Of a stretch of DNA of 64,000 nucleotides, positions 36,801-45,762 are shown in pieces. The notes beneath the pieces are model-generated. The model did no database searches. It was not told where the DNA came from and saw nothing but the letters and a program-made list of their open reading frames with translations. Made by a program: the position numbers and the translations under genes. The stretch is from the IMG/VR virus record IMGVR_UViG_3300030102_007483, positions 7,673 to 71,672 of that record; one strand, written 5' to 3'. The stretch comes from a virus. Position 1 is the stretch's first letter. Each line of letters begins with the position of its first letter.

Positions 36801-39349
36801 ACGAATCTATGAAGAACCGTGGTGCTCAGCGTGTGACATCGCAGAACATGTTTACAGGTCTTTACGCAGACATCAACGCAAAGTTTACAGACGACCCCAC
36901 AGTAGCTAACCGGGTTGCGGTGTTGATTGCTGGGCATGGTCAAGCTCACGCGGCGAAAAAACGTTGGGTCGACCTTGGAGTGGCGGCGGACGAAGATCTG
37001 GCAAGATCAATGCGCCAATACATCGTCGGTGAGTCTATCGATCCCGATGATGTCGTTCGAGTCAAAAACGCTTTCGACTCTCTTGGTTACAACCCCAACA
37101 TGGTCGAGGGATACGCTTTGGACGGCGTAACTATGTTTATACCCAGAGCCGGTAGAGAGCGTTTGAATATGGTTCTCGCTCAAGCTCAGGATCCTTCGCT
37201 GCTCAAAACAGACAATATGGATACTATTTCTGCCTTGAATGAAATCTCATCGGCGGGAGAAAGAATCATTACTGGTGCCGGTACAAACAGCACTACGGCA
37301 CTTAGTTTCGCACTTTTTTACCGATACCTGAAAACACGAATGGTTCGTGGTCACTTTGTTCTTAAGTCTCGATATTTTTGGATGAACACATTTGATCACT
37401 TCAATCAAACGGCTCAACGCGCCGGGTTTAGAACTGCCGCGATATCAACGACTCGTATGTTCACGCAGAATGTCCTTTCAAACCCAATAGGTCAGGCGTT
37501 TGTTTTTGCGGCAAGAAGAACGGGTAAGGGAGATGCCGCAGAGGCTGCGCGTCGGGTTCTGCAAGAAGGTGGGGACAAAGCTGCCGAGTGGGCGGGTAAA
37601 CTGACTCGCGGGTCAAAATGGCACATCAAACTCAATCCAATATTGGAGGGTGCGGAAGGCATCGTAATGATTGCCGGAAAGCCCTACAGGAACACAGATA
37701 TTAGGCAAGCGGCTCTTGAAGCAGGTATTTTTGCCTCATTCGACACCAGTCAGTTGGGTACAAAAATTCAAAATGTCGGGAACCTTTTTCTTCAGACTGA
37801 GGCGAAGAAGGGTCGACTGACAAAACTTGGAACAGATATCCTCGACGACGTGAAGGGAGCATCGGAAGACATCGCAGAAGCGTGGGCCGAACGAGAGCGA
37901 CTCGGATGCATGATTACCCTGATGGAAGCGGGTATCGACCCGAGAACTGCCGCAAAGATAAGCATCGAGGCACTGTACGATTACGCAGGAAGCATGTCGA
38001 AAGGTGATCGAAACTTTTTGCTGAACATATTCTTCCCATTCTGGGCCTTCCAGAAAAACGCAAACCGACAAATTTTCGACGCGATGTTCAGTCCCGAAGG
38101 CGCTTACAGGCTCGGTGTCATGCGTAGAGCCTATGACAAGGGCAGTGAATACCTTAGTTATCTTACCTATGGTGCAATGGTCGACGAGAACGGTATTGCC
38201 GTCGACTCTTTGCCCCCAGAACTACGAAGCACATATTTTGCTTTCAAAAAGCAAATGCAAGACCTGTATGGTGAGAACGGAAAAATTCCAGCACCTATAC
38301 AAGAGGAAATACGATTGTTTGTCGCGCAGTCCATGATCAAGACAACCGGCGGTAAAGTCATGCAAGGGTCTGTGTACTACGACGATTTTATCGATATTGC
38401 TGCGTCGATCAAGGGTGAGGATGGTAAATCTGTGGGCTTAGATCGAAGAGCACTCGCTTCGTACTACATGCCTATTCCTGATAGGTCCGGACTGCAGACC
38501 TACTTTAGAGATCGCATTTCATTCCCTCTGCCCTACGCGCCAGAGAAGTTCGGTGAAACGCCTGTAAACTACGCTCCTCCCGAAGATTTTCAGAACACAA
38601 CTAAAGCTTGGAATGATCTGTATCGACAGAAGAGAGCCGACGCTCCTTACATGGCTTTCTTTATGCCTGAACCCACTTATGTTGCAGCGTTCAATCACTT
38701 CTCGTACTTGATGGCAACTAAGATCCTCATGATGCAAAAAATGGAGGACATGGGTGACCGTTGGTTTACGGACGAAGACGATGGTTCCGATGCCATCACA
38801 CCACTTGCTGCAGTCAACGCGCTGCTGAGCCCCGCTCGTGCGCCGGTCCTTTCCGACGTTCAAGCAAGTTTAGGTACGGGTGGAGCGACGATTCCGAAAA
38901 GAATTGCCCAAGACCTTGTTCATTTTTTCGACTATCACCTGATTGATTTGCTTGAGTTAGATGAGTCCGAAGATATTTTTGATATTCAACTGCAACAACA
39001 ACGGGATGAGGCCGAGGGTCGAGAGCCTCGGGATCTGCCGATAAAACCTATTGATGCAGCTATTGTGCCGACAAAACGATACTACATGATGCCCGGCGTA
39101 GCACAAATGTTGTTTATCAATAGTCCGCTTGGAGAGTTGAACGACATCCTCCTGAAGGCAGAAAAGACTCCGATGGAAAAAGCATCCGGCATAAGAGGTG
39201 ACGTTCAAAAGTGGTTGAGAGTGTTCACGGGTCTGGATCAAAGAGAAATTATCAGAGACAGGACGGTGATGTCAGAAAAGTTCCGGGCCGAAGATCAAAC
39301 GTCTGACGTCACAAAGGAAAGGGCCAGAGAAAAAACTCAACTAGATTGA
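30806..39349 (+). CDS. Giant ejection/polyvalent protein with zincin metallopeptidase-like and GNAT-like domains
   Basis: 2847 aa; TLIHELLHAAT...DEFLVRAMTDPKFQ (HExxH); LRGRGFGTDLY (GNAT motif A); C-terminal ALYDY...FFPFWAF typical of T7 gp16-type proteins. Confidence 0.8.
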   Translation: MAETQKQMEDRLARLKASDPGDMTIDLDDAPVGDKKPAKKGTDVDEKPPTEDDKLGKFEKFPEFEEMDIDLLTKDLQMKRLGIRIASEAESTKRINPKLAAEKKEKNEPILASDEILKAHAELAGFTVEDFKKAAEFQEAPIQNFFRDIGDQGRPVQEVFDAYKTQESLWSKTQQQRKVLARGEKVRIKGIERVVTGEKKLSPEKRKETLQVLLAAKDPRLKSRIFTGDADSGEAEDAIAKPGQAGYDRLTMQANKLINKELADDKEQAEIYQSHIAALGPPTTGAMIRNTLGERKFQEMVNQISTHKLNKMAKRQGVQRGTEAYEELRAKSNRDALYEAALLRTVNKYYLPGFVQYDQIDPGNVRGAEDTKDKWWITQAMKNAADVRIEVVGLDPKGIPVYRLTSPTWHIFEMADSVQAGIAGAIERLSDDERDESILTAIREGSLDGIRNRRDFLKAALSSEAAENGGLASFAMGSAGLVAAILTPDLFMGAAAVARTTKRVAQIASETAGFRRAAPALVESLGDGATSYAKTEDVLEAAEAAVARGDYDSALLILEEAKTIAKKGDEALSKARGENVEIAREVDRLDVDIAARMGKKVPESTFAEGKRVASKIPGSFGETAQNVHMGARRVMLRGESLDQFTGFPELLSFEKMIDSLKESVDILKSGDLKNAFNAKLREMVANPFRNAVDELLTETGVGVGDINRSVGLRQQSLDLMTFLNSTKSTRILRDDPQLYRSEVIRIAKKIDFDDADKEKAFFNALEKRFPDLLDEANNIGKTLSKVSIAEARQATSRGIAAIRGNLESRAASSAFIRERVAEQAKVAAEPLLIKLTDRYAEVGRDRLSPQALQIQDAILDIYPNIDSSEIRKFTRMMDQEAKKFADSKKGRTVADFYAERFGGIKKGLDDVADEVKPKDVKPETQKDPTIDEVTPKDVAPEPQPAPPARDLLDDVEAGNISKLPKGLQDALRGIANDAKKRGGFSGPIQGVKPQQVLPEVEDAFADLMNADRRTQEVRPAIHVLKSSSPGLSARTLYNHVSKMTRMDEVCDFLARHAELDSTRLLAQKILPNLRRDPGQFRVISGKVDDVDLSVRDAHGLYFPNTHRIFIRGAQKPARLGDEIPIETGLTEETLIHELLHAATAVFIQKNPNAKVVRDLDQLISEVRTGLGDLIKQMTDAGRGNQLGSVSFYSNNFDSYVGSADEFLVRAMTDPKFQRLLKLIKVTPRLSIWNKFTRAVASIFGIRKEDETTALSQALIASERVIQKSVKFDQRPASDAEPIVKVLRPTQGTPGVDVGEQVGMIDEFSGLPLYAENALPDRIKPDVFITSPKLRNRPENGITLQTDNLSDLISLRDSFTETFSGVRIPRSDSEQVVRVSNSFIDVGLRGRGFGTDLYLRALKYAQNEGVGFVSDVSPTGEALRVYAKLRSMGVGFRRLPVRLADGSLGEASYIDAVSLAKVDLDDLAVTHGLQNRSSMFGPYDSFETIPSKVLYSKLADTSDPLVVEFLENGQAIIRAIGETASVDDFIRVLGRISRRDLDEKGMNIVTDWLKTRGINVGFQGAKFTSANPADIERAESEFASAFAAYVDSGRATDPELVKPFNTVREWVSGKYTALRSAEADGAPFEIDDRLTLQLDKMMRVPSKRVGMPNIVGMLKDALIKPDLGGTSVDVLEEIARESFRLGTPIKKKDLQEQFTKALKAYNAGRKEEAVIRLPGPVSIRGWNASSSTGAKEFTLDELADIQQSLETAKRLELQEARKLGMPTAARAIEEKNPSELVDQWVTQNPVQGAFRFMYLGGDAFADMRLLPPVVRDAIMAGTRAVQQAIGDAITLVAEKDIAKLTQLLTGAPNVQFTKGGRSAISAGHDHMAAVSLNLGRYFASVNQTNLGIVRNFVQRVRVLDSTAKAAAELSAEELGKVSEIVNDLISGDKASRFVTEVFKAAGFTGSRIEPKFFTEPATGLDPGGLLEILMYYSNVSGRVDPSMTTQDGRQVFAFFNESMKNRGAQRVTSQNMFTGLYADINAKFTDDPTVANRVAVLIAGHGQAHAAKKRWVDLGVAADEDLARSMRQYIVGESIDPDDVVRVKNAFDSLGYNPNMVEGYALDGVTMFIPRAGRERLNMVLAQAQDPSLLKTDNMDTISALNEISSAGERIITGAGTNSTTALSFALFYRYLKTRMVRGHFVLKSRYFWMNTFDHFNQTAQRAGFRTAAISTTRMFTQNVLSNPIGQAFVFAARRTGKGDAAEAARRVLQEGGDKAAEWAGKLTRGSKWHIKLNPILEGAEGIVMIAGKPYRNTDIRQAALEAGIFASFDTSQLGTKIQNVGNLFLQTEAKKGRLTKLGTDILDDVKGASEDIAEAWAERERLGCMITLMEAGIDPRTAAKISIEALYDYAGSMSKGDRNFLLNIFFPFWAFQKNANRQIFDAMFSPEGAYRLGVMRRAYDKGSEYLSYLTYGAMVDENGIAVDSLPPELRSTYFAFKKQMQDLYGENGKIPAPIQEEIRLFVAQSMIKTTGGKVMQGSVYYDDFIDIAASIKGEDGKSVGLDRRALASYYMPIPDRSGLQTYFRDRISFPLPYAPEKFGETPVNYAPPEDFQNTTKAWNDLYRQKRADAPYMAFFMPEPTYVAAFNHFSYLMATKILMMQKMEDMGDRWFTDEDDGSDAITPLAAVNALLSPARAPVLSDVQASLGTGGATIPKRIAQDLVHFFDYHLIDLLELDESEDIFDIQLQQQRDEAEGREPRDLPIKPIDAAIVPTKRYYMMPGVAQMLFINSPLGELNDILLKAEKTPMEKASGIRGDVQKWLRVFTGLDQREIIRDRTVMSEKFRAEDQTSDVTKERAREKTQLD

Positions 39350-39428
39350 TACTTAGTGTCATAAGGTCGTTTATCTCTTATACATTTTTAGTGTTACAAT
39401 GGTGCCACCGCTGCACCGGGAGTCATCG

Positions 39429-39860
39429 ATGGGCATCAAACAATTCACTCACTTCGGATATTCGTACAAACACAACGCGAGTTTGACCGATTCATATTCA
39501 GTCTTCGAGCTTACGGTAGACGCAACCAACTCTCCAAATTCAGCAGCGGTTCCCTCAAGCTGTCATCTTGATTCGATCGAGTTTGAGTTGTCATCTACCG
39601 ACGCCACAGAAAAAGTGACGATGTTTTTGGCTCGAGACTCAGCGGGCGTGGTTCCGATTACAACCGATCAGCTTTCAACAGCAGAGCAGGTACCTACAAT
39701 TATTACCGGTTCTGCTGGCGGATGTAGCTTTACAATTGGTAAGGATTTTCACTTCGACTCAAGCGTTACAAACGCAACAATTGGATCTATTTATGTGGCG
39801 GCTAAGCTCCCTTCGGGCAAGAGCAGCACCGCAAAAATTAGATTGAACTGGAGAGGATAA
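39429..39860 (+). CDS. Small beta-sandwich virion protein (putative)
   Basis: SD GGGAG; Ser/Thr-rich all-beta composition; TAATG-coupled to the fibre gene. Confidence 0.6.
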   Translation: MGIKQFTHFGYSYKHNASLTDSYSVFELTVDATNSPNSAAVPSSCHLDSIEFELSSTDATEKVTMFLARDSAGVVPITTDQLSTAEQVPTIITGSAGGCSFTIGKDFHFDSSVTNATIGSIYVAAKLPSGKSSTAKIRLNWRG

Positions 39861-41809
39861 TGGGAAGTAGCTCACTTGTCGGAAATCTATTTGACGGATC
39901 TGTAAAAGCTGATGCCGATGGCAATGTCAGCATTTCTGGGGATCTGGTCGTAAGCGGTTCGACAACAACAGTATCGACATCGAATACTACATTAGCAGAT
40001 CAACTGATCGAGTTAGGTTCGGGTCGAACTGGGTCGGCCTCCGGCGACGCCGGAATCATCATTGAGCGCGGCAGCGACACCAACGTTTTTCTCGGATTCG
40101 ACGAGAGTGAGGACAAGGTCACGTTTGCCACCACCTCCGCCACGGGTGCTTCTACTGGTGACCTCACACTTACTGACGCTGCCCTCAAGACGGGTGCAAT
40201 CACAGCTTCTGGCGACATCTCCACAACCGGAGAGGTGAAGACCGCCAAGGTTTCATTCACCGATGGCGACGACGCAATCACAATCGCCGACGGTGGCGGC
40301 ATCACAGCCAACACCAGTCTGACGCTCGCGAGCGGTGCCACAGTCACTGCAATCAATGACGAAGACAACATGACCAGCAACAGTGCGACCGCACTGGCGA
40401 CTCAGCAGAGCATCAAGGCGTACGTTGACGCTCAAGCAGGTGGCGGTGGTACCATGGATAACTGGGTGCTGGAGGACGACGACGGCACCGAAGTCACAGT
40501 ATCCAACGGCAAGGAAGTCAAGTTCATCGGATCTGGTCTGACAACCAACTTTACAGATACCGACAACGGAACCGACGCTGACCCATTTGACCTCACGTTC
40601 ACCGTGGATGCCGCACAAACTGGCATCAACTCTATTCTCAACACAAGTTTGGTCGTAGGACGAGACGCAGACAATCAGATTAAATTCAGCACTGACAACG
40701 AGATCATTTTCCGAGTATCTGGCGGTGATGGCGTCACAATGAAGGCCAGCGGTGAAATCGAGGCTACGTCACTGGATATTAGTGGTGACGCGGACATCGA
40801 CGGCACGCTTGAAGCAGACGCCATCACGGTGGGCGGCACGGCTCTTGATGAGTTTATTCAAGACACTGTCGGTGCCATGGTTTCATCGAACACTGAGACT
40901 GGCATTGCAGTTACCTACGAGGACGGTGACGGAACACTCGACTTTGTTTTATCAGCACCAACTTCTCTTGGAACCATCACCCAAGACACCGTGACGTTTA
41001 CGTCGACGAACGCAAACGACCCTCAAGTCTTTATCAAGAACACGACTAACGATGCCAGTGGCCCTGTTCTGGTGCTTGAAAACGATCGAGGCTCCAACAA
41101 CGGAGCAGACAATGACATTTGCGGAATCATCGAGTTCAAGGGAACTGATGACGCTTCGGAACAGACTACTTTTGCGCTGGTGTCTGCCACCGTAAAGGAT
41201 GCAAGCAACGGCGCTGAAGGTGGAGAGTTTGGTGTTGAAGTCGCAACTCACGATGGCGAGATGCAGTTTGGCTTGAAGATCACCGATGGTGATGCTGAGG
41301 ATGAACTGGATGTTGAGATCGGTAGCGGTATTAACTCCGTCACTACAGCCGCAGGATACGTCAAGGGCGCCAATGGTGTATTGATTCCAGAGGGGAAATC
41401 GCTGCATATCGAAACGCCAATGCTTGCTACAGCAGATCACACTGCGACCGGCATTACAACTCTCCTGACTGCCAGCGAAAACATCGCCCAAGGAAACTTG
41501 GTTTATGTATCTGGTAACGGGACGATTGGGATTGCCGACGCGGATGCAGTAGCTAAAATGCCTGCCATTGGAATCGCAGTTGCGGCTATCAATCAAAATC
41601 AGCCGGGGGCTGTGCTTCTGCAAGGAATGTTCCGCGATGACACGTTCAACTTTACCGCGGGCAACAGATTGTTTGCGAGCACCACTGACGGCGGGATCAC
41701 AGCGACTGTACCTAGCGGTAGCAATGATGTGGCTCAAGCTGTTGGAGTTGCACTGAGCGACGACGTTATTTACTTCAAGCCCGACATGACACTGGTGGAA
41801 ATCAGTTAA
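39860..41809 (+). CDS. Tail fibre protein
   Basis: Fibre motifs GDLVVSGSTTTV...DAGIIIERG, DEDNM.SNSATALATQQSIKAYVD, LDISGDADIDGTLEADAITV; C-terminal cement-like domain ending IYFKPDMTLVEI. Confidence 0.88.
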   Translation: MGSSSLVGNLFDGSVKADADGNVSISGDLVVSGSTTTVSTSNTTLADQLIELGSGRTGSASGDAGIIIERGSDTNVFLGFDESEDKVTFATTSATGASTGDLTLTDAALKTGAITASGDISTTGEVKTAKVSFTDGDDAITIADGGGITANTSLTLASGATVTAINDEDNMTSNSATALATQQSIKAYVDAQAGGGGTMDNWVLEDDDGTEVTVSNGKEVKFIGSGLTTNFTDTDNGTDADPFDLTFTVDAAQTGINSILNTSLVVGRDADNQIKFSTDNEIIFRVSGGDGVTMKASGEIEATSLDISGDADIDGTLEADAITVGGTALDEFIQDTVGAMVSSNTETGIAVTYEDGDGTLDFVLSAPTSLGTITQDTVTFTSTNANDPQVFIKNTTNDASGPVLVLENDRGSNNGADNDICGIIEFKGTDDASEQTTFALVSATVKDASNGAEGGEFGVEVATHDGEMQFGLKITDGDAEDELDVEIGSGINSVTTAAGYVKGANGVLIPEGKSLHIETPMLATADHTATGITTLLTASENIAQGNLVYVSGNGTIGIADADAVAKMPAIGIAVAAINQNQPGAVLLQGMFRDDTFNFTAGNRLFASTTDGGITATVPSGSNDVAQAVGVALSDDVIYFKPDMTLVEIS

Positions 41810-42999
41810 TGGGTGACTACTCACAAGTGCACGATGTTGGTGTTGCTAACATTGCACAAATCAACGACGTTCCCGTAGCTAACTGCGGTCAAGTAAACGA
41901 CTGCACAAAGGCGGCAGCGGCATCAGGGGCCACTCGTTGGGTTGTTGGTATGTCCACATTCCGGGTTGGGTATGCAGCAAACAGCGACCGTACATCATGG
42001 ACTTTTTATGACATGGTTGCAGGTACAGGACACCCGGATGCGATTGATTTAGGATTCGGAAAAGACTCAAGCGGCAATGGTATTTATGTCATGTCGCGCG
42101 ACTCATCTAGCAAAGAACTATTTGTTAGCGGCACAGACGTAACAAACGTCGCAGACTGGAGTACAGTAAACCTAAGTCCCAACAGTGACATTACCACTGT
42201 GCGATGGCGCGCCGCATCAAGTGGCGCCACTGCTGGCGTTTGGATCGCGGTAGGCGTGCAAAGTAATAAGAAAATTTATCGTTCAACTGACGGAGCATCG
42301 AGCTGGACAGCTATTAATCTTAGCGGGCTCACAGGCCACAACACCGATAAAATAAAAGGGATTGATGGTGATGGCGCAGGTAAGTGGATGTTTGGCCAAG
42401 AAGACAGGATTTATTACAGCACGGACGATGGAGCTAACTGGGCGGTTTCGACGCCTTTCTCCGGCGACACAGGTGAAAACGCTGTTCATGACATAACTGG
42501 GATTAAGTACACAAATTCATCTTGGGTTATTACATACGAAGTTGTGTTGTCAGGTGTCTTCCAAGCCAAGACTTACATTCGATCTTGCGCCGAGACAGAC
42601 ATCACAGATTGGAGTGATGGGGTCGATACTGGCGCACCAAACCATAGCAGTGGAAATGTCGCTAGTCGAACATCAATTGCATCCAGCAACGGTCGAATTG
42701 CTATTGTGCCTCATAAATCACCAACAGTTGCAAGGGCAGATATTAACGGGAAAACAATCAGTAATGTCGCGGCAATCAACAAAGCAAGCGACACAGGATC
42801 TACTGATCGGTTCCGAGATATTGAGTGCGATGGATCAACATGGATGATTGTCACACTTAACGGTGATGTATACGAATCAACGGACAATGCAGAGTCGTGG
42901 TCTAAAACTCTTGACGACATGGGGTCAACAAACGCTACAGGTGGTGTAACTGGTGATGACTCGATCGCAGTAACTTGCGATGTGTTCGGTCCACTTTAA
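41809..42999 (+). CDS. Fibre-associated BNR/Asp-box beta-propeller protein A (putative receptor-binding protein)
   Basis: Asp-boxes STDGASSW, STDDGANW, STDNAESW; N-terminal 11 aa repeats. Confidence 0.75.
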   Translation: MGDYSQVHDVGVANIAQINDVPVANCGQVNDCTKAAAASGATRWVVGMSTFRVGYAANSDRTSWTFYDMVAGTGHPDAIDLGFGKDSSGNGIYVMSRDSSSKELFVSGTDVTNVADWSTVNLSPNSDITTVRWRAASSGATAGVWIAVGVQSNKKIYRSTDGASSWTAINLSGLTGHNTDKIKGIDGDGAGKWMFGQEDRIYYSTDDGANWAVSTPFSGDTGENAVHDITGIKYTNSSWVITYEVVLSGVFQAKTYIRSCAETDITDWSDGVDTGAPNHSSGNVASRTSIASSNGRIAIVPHKSPTVARADINGKTISNVAAINKASDTGSTDRFRDIECDGSTWMIVTLNGDVYESTDNAESWSKTLDDMGSTNATGGVTGDDSIAVTCDVFGPL

Positions 43000-44171
43000 T
43001 GGGTGACATCAACCAAATAAGCGACGTAGCTCCTGCAAGCATCTCGCAGATCAACGACGTGCCATACGCAAACTGTGCGGAGGTCAACGACTGCACGTCG
43101 CCATCACTCGGAGCTACCCGGTGGGTCATCGGTGCCGATGATGGACTCATTGCACACGCCGCCAACAGTGACCGAACTTCGTGGACCACATACGACAGCA
43201 TCGCCACTTCAGACACAAACGACAATGACTATGATATTGCGTTTGGAAAAAATAACAGCGGCGCAGGCATTTTCGTCTGCACACGAGACGGTTCAGTCCG
43301 TGAGCTTCAGGTTTCAGGCACAGATGTGACCTCTACCGCCTCTTGGACCGACGTTTCAACGAACGCGGCAGCCGAGGGTGGATCAGCAAACAAGAAGCTC
43401 ATCATGTCGGTTCGATGGGGTGCTCGATCCGACGGGACTGCCGCAGGAACTTGGATGGCTGTGGGTCACCAAGGAGACCAAGACATTTATCGATCTACGG
43501 ATGGGGGCGCGAACTGGAGCGCGATTGACTTGTCTGGTTTGACGGGTCACGACAGTCAGGTTTTCATCAACGGTATTGCCAGCGACGGTCAGGGGAAATG
43601 GGCCTTCGCTCAAGGAAATCGGTTTTACTACAGTACGAACGATGGGGCATCATTTGCTGTTTCTACACCTTTCGATAGCGGAGGTGGCAAAGGCGTTCCG
43701 GGTCGAATCCATGCAATCATTTTTACCAACAACTCGTGGGTAATCATGTACAGCACTAGCTCCCAAGTTCATGTCCGCTCATGCGCGGCATCGGACATTA
43801 CTGACTGGGGCACCGAGGTTCGGCTGAACAACCTACTGCACATGTCGTCCAATAAACAAAAGGGACAAATGGCGGCTGACGCTTCAGGTCGTGTGGTTGC
43901 AACAACGAATAGACTCGAAGCTGATCTGTACTACTTTGACGTGAATGGCAAGGTCATCAGCAACAGCAACCTTGTGACTTTGAGTATGTCTGGCGATAAT
44001 ATTCAAGATGTTGCAACCGATGGCTCAACATGGTTGCTCGCTTGCGCCGATGGTGATGTCTGGGAGTCCACAAACGCCGGTGCATCGTGGAGTCAGATCG
44101 CTAATAATCAAGGTGCGGACAGTGCTGATGACTTTACATCTGTTACGTGTGACGTAGTTTTACCCCTATAA
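42999..44171 (+). CDS. Fibre-associated BNR/Asp-box beta-propeller protein B (paralogue of A)
   Basis: STDGGANW, STNDGASF, STNAGASW; colinear with A end to end; TAATG coupling. Confidence 0.75.
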   Translation: MGDINQISDVAPASISQINDVPYANCAEVNDCTSPSLGATRWVIGADDGLIAHAANSDRTSWTTYDSIATSDTNDNDYDIAFGKNNSGAGIFVCTRDGSVRELQVSGTDVTSTASWTDVSTNAAAEGGSANKKLIMSVRWGARSDGTAAGTWMAVGHQGDQDIYRSTDGGANWSAIDLSGLTGHDSQVFINGIASDGQGKWAFAQGNRFYYSTNDGASFAVSTPFDSGGGKGVPGRIHAIIFTNNSWVIMYSTSSQVHVRSCAASDITDWGTEVRLNNLLHMSSNKQKGQMAADASGRVVATTNRLEADLYYFDVNGKVISNSNLVTLSMSGDNIQDVATDGSTWLLACADGDVWESTNAGASWSQIANNQGADSADDFTSVTCDVVLPL

Positions 44172-44197
44172 TGGATTGAATCTAAGAGGAGCTATCC

Positions 44198-44587
44198 GTG
44201 AGCAGTAATCTAAAAATAGCGAGTTTTGACTCAGCAACGCTTTCGTACAAAATTATTTCTGACTCTAGTATTGGCGCGGCTCCTATAGTCGATGTGACAT
44301 CAGGTAGCGGTAAGATTTACGATATCAATGTAGATACGTCATCTGGCATCAACAACGATTACTTTTTGAAGCTTTGGTTGACAACAGCGTCCGTTAGCAT
44401 CGGAACTACACCGCCTGACGTAATCATAAAAATTCCTCAGGACAAAGTCATTCGAACCAACTATCCGGGTGGTTTGCCTTACACATCGCTAAGTGCTGCG
44501 TTGGTTTCTGGTGCGGAGGATAGTAATACTACGCATACTACAAGCGGTAATAGTGGTACGGTCAACCTCACAATCGTCACGTCATAG
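44198..44587 (+). CDS. Small beta-sandwich virion protein, paralogue 1 of 4
   Basis: GKIYDINVD...FLKLW...PDVII...YPGGLPY...GTVNLTIVTS. Confidence 0.7.
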   Translation: MSSNLKIASFDSATLSYKIISDSSIGAAPIVDVTSGSGKIYDINVDTSSGINNDYFLKLWLTTASVSIGTTPPDVIIKIPQDKVIRTNYPGGLPYTSLSAALVSGAEDSNTTHTTSGNSGTVNLTIVTS

Positions 44588-44596
44588 GAGTTATCA

Positions 44597-45010
44597 ATGA
44601 GCGTTAGAGTAACCAATGTACCTCAAAGATTAGCCGAAACACTTGTTATTGATTCGTCTGCGGACGCGACGACGGGTAATGCCTCTGGCGCGGCGGGCAC
44701 AGGAGAAAACATTTTCTCTGGTACAAGCGGAGCGACCAAATTTTACGCGTGGAAAATTGATGGTACTCAGGCAACAACAGCGTTTTATGTGAAAGTCCAA
44801 GAGGCTACTACATACACGCAGAGCACTAACTCCCATCCAAGCTATCGATTTTATTGTCCCGCTGGTCAGATCGTTCACTATCTTTTCCCCGAAGGTCAGA
44901 CGTTTAGTACCGGGATTAGTTTTATTGCCACGACAACAGCAGCAACATCTGCAGCCAGCCAAACTGCTCCTACAGGGACAGTGTCAGTTACAGTTCTCGG
45001 TGGAACCTGA
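44597..45010 (+). CDS. Small beta-sandwich virion protein, paralogue 2 of 4
   Basis: FYAWKID...YVKVQEA...PSYRFYCPA...FPEGQTFSTGIS...GTVSVTVL. Confidence 0.7.
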   Translation: MSVRVTNVPQRLAETLVIDSSADATTGNASGAAGTGENIFSGTSGATKFYAWKIDGTQATTAFYVKVQEATTYTQSTNSHPSYRFYCPAGQIVHYLFPEGQTFSTGISFIATTTAATSAASQTAPTGTVSVTVLGGT

Positions 45011-45012
45011 TC

Positions 45013-45372
45013 ATGGCGGCGTCACTTTCACTGACAAAGTTTCATGACTCGGTCGACTACAAACTCGTGCAATGCACTGAGATTGAAGACGCTACCGTTT
45101 TTGTGAATGTGACTGGTGCTCCGGGAACCCTTCATTCAGCTTCCATTGATTCGAGCAAGTCCAGTAGCAATCTTTCGTTGCATATTCTGGACGGTAAAGA
45201 CACGAGCAACAGCGAGTTTATTATTCGAGGAACTGGTCTTGCTGTAAGGTCCGTTCAGATTCCTACTGGATTTACTTTCGACATGTTGAACTTTCGGGTA
45301 TCTGCGAATAGCGCGGAAAATGATACTACTGATTTCAGTGGGACCGTTAACGTAACTTTGGTTTGTAGTTGA
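45013..45372 (+). CDS. Small beta-sandwich virion protein, paralogue 3 of 4
   Basis: GTLHSASID...LHILDG...IPTGFTF...GTVNVTLVCS. Confidence 0.7.
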   Translation: MAASLSLTKFHDSVDYKLVQCTEIEDATVFVNVTGAPGTLHSASIDSSKSSSNLSLHILDGKDTSNSEFIIRGTGLAVRSVQIPTGFTFDMLNFRVSANSAENDTTDFSGTVNVTLVCS

Positions 45373-45379
45373 GGTTCGA

Positions 45380-45754
45380 ATGGCAGTTACCGCTACTACT
45401 AATATTACGGCTCTCGGAGGAATGCTGATAACGGACTTCGAGGCCAACTCGTCCGTTGAGCAGCACATGACTGCGAATACTTCGGGTTTACTGTTCCTCA
45501 TCGAAATCGACAATACGGCTAATGCTTCGACGTCAGCATATGTGCGCATCAAAGATGCTCAATCTGCGGGAGCAGAAGGAACTTTGGTTCCAACGTTTAT
45601 GTTTTACGCCGCTCCTGCCTCTAAGGCGTCATATGTTTTACCTGAAGGTCAACTGTATTCCACGGGACTAACGATGTGGTGTACTACAAGTAACGCTCCG
45701 GCTGACACAACCTCTCCACAGTCAGCCGTGATAGTGAAACTTATCGCAACATAG
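45380..45754 (+). CDS. Small beta-sandwich virion protein, paralogue 4 of 4
   Basis: GLLFLIEID...YVRIKDA...PTFMFYAAP...LPEGQLYSTGLT...AVIVKLIAT. Confidence 0.7.
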   Translation: MAVTATTNITALGGMLITDFEANSSVEQHMTANTSGLLFLIEIDNTANASTSAYVRIKDAQSAGAEGTLVPTFMFYAAPASKASYVLPEGQLYSTGLTMWCTTSNAPADTTSPQSAVIVKLIAT

Positions 45755-45762
45755 GACATAGG

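Noticed and set aside
40000-41824. Minus-strand ORFs of up to 290 aa opposite the tail fibre
   Set aside because: Antisense shadows; no SD or recognisable domain.
41809-45754. DGR or shufflon behind the paralogous receptor genes
   Set aside because: No reverse transcriptase, invertase, near-identical TR/VR pair or inverted crossover sites; the paralogues are old duplications.
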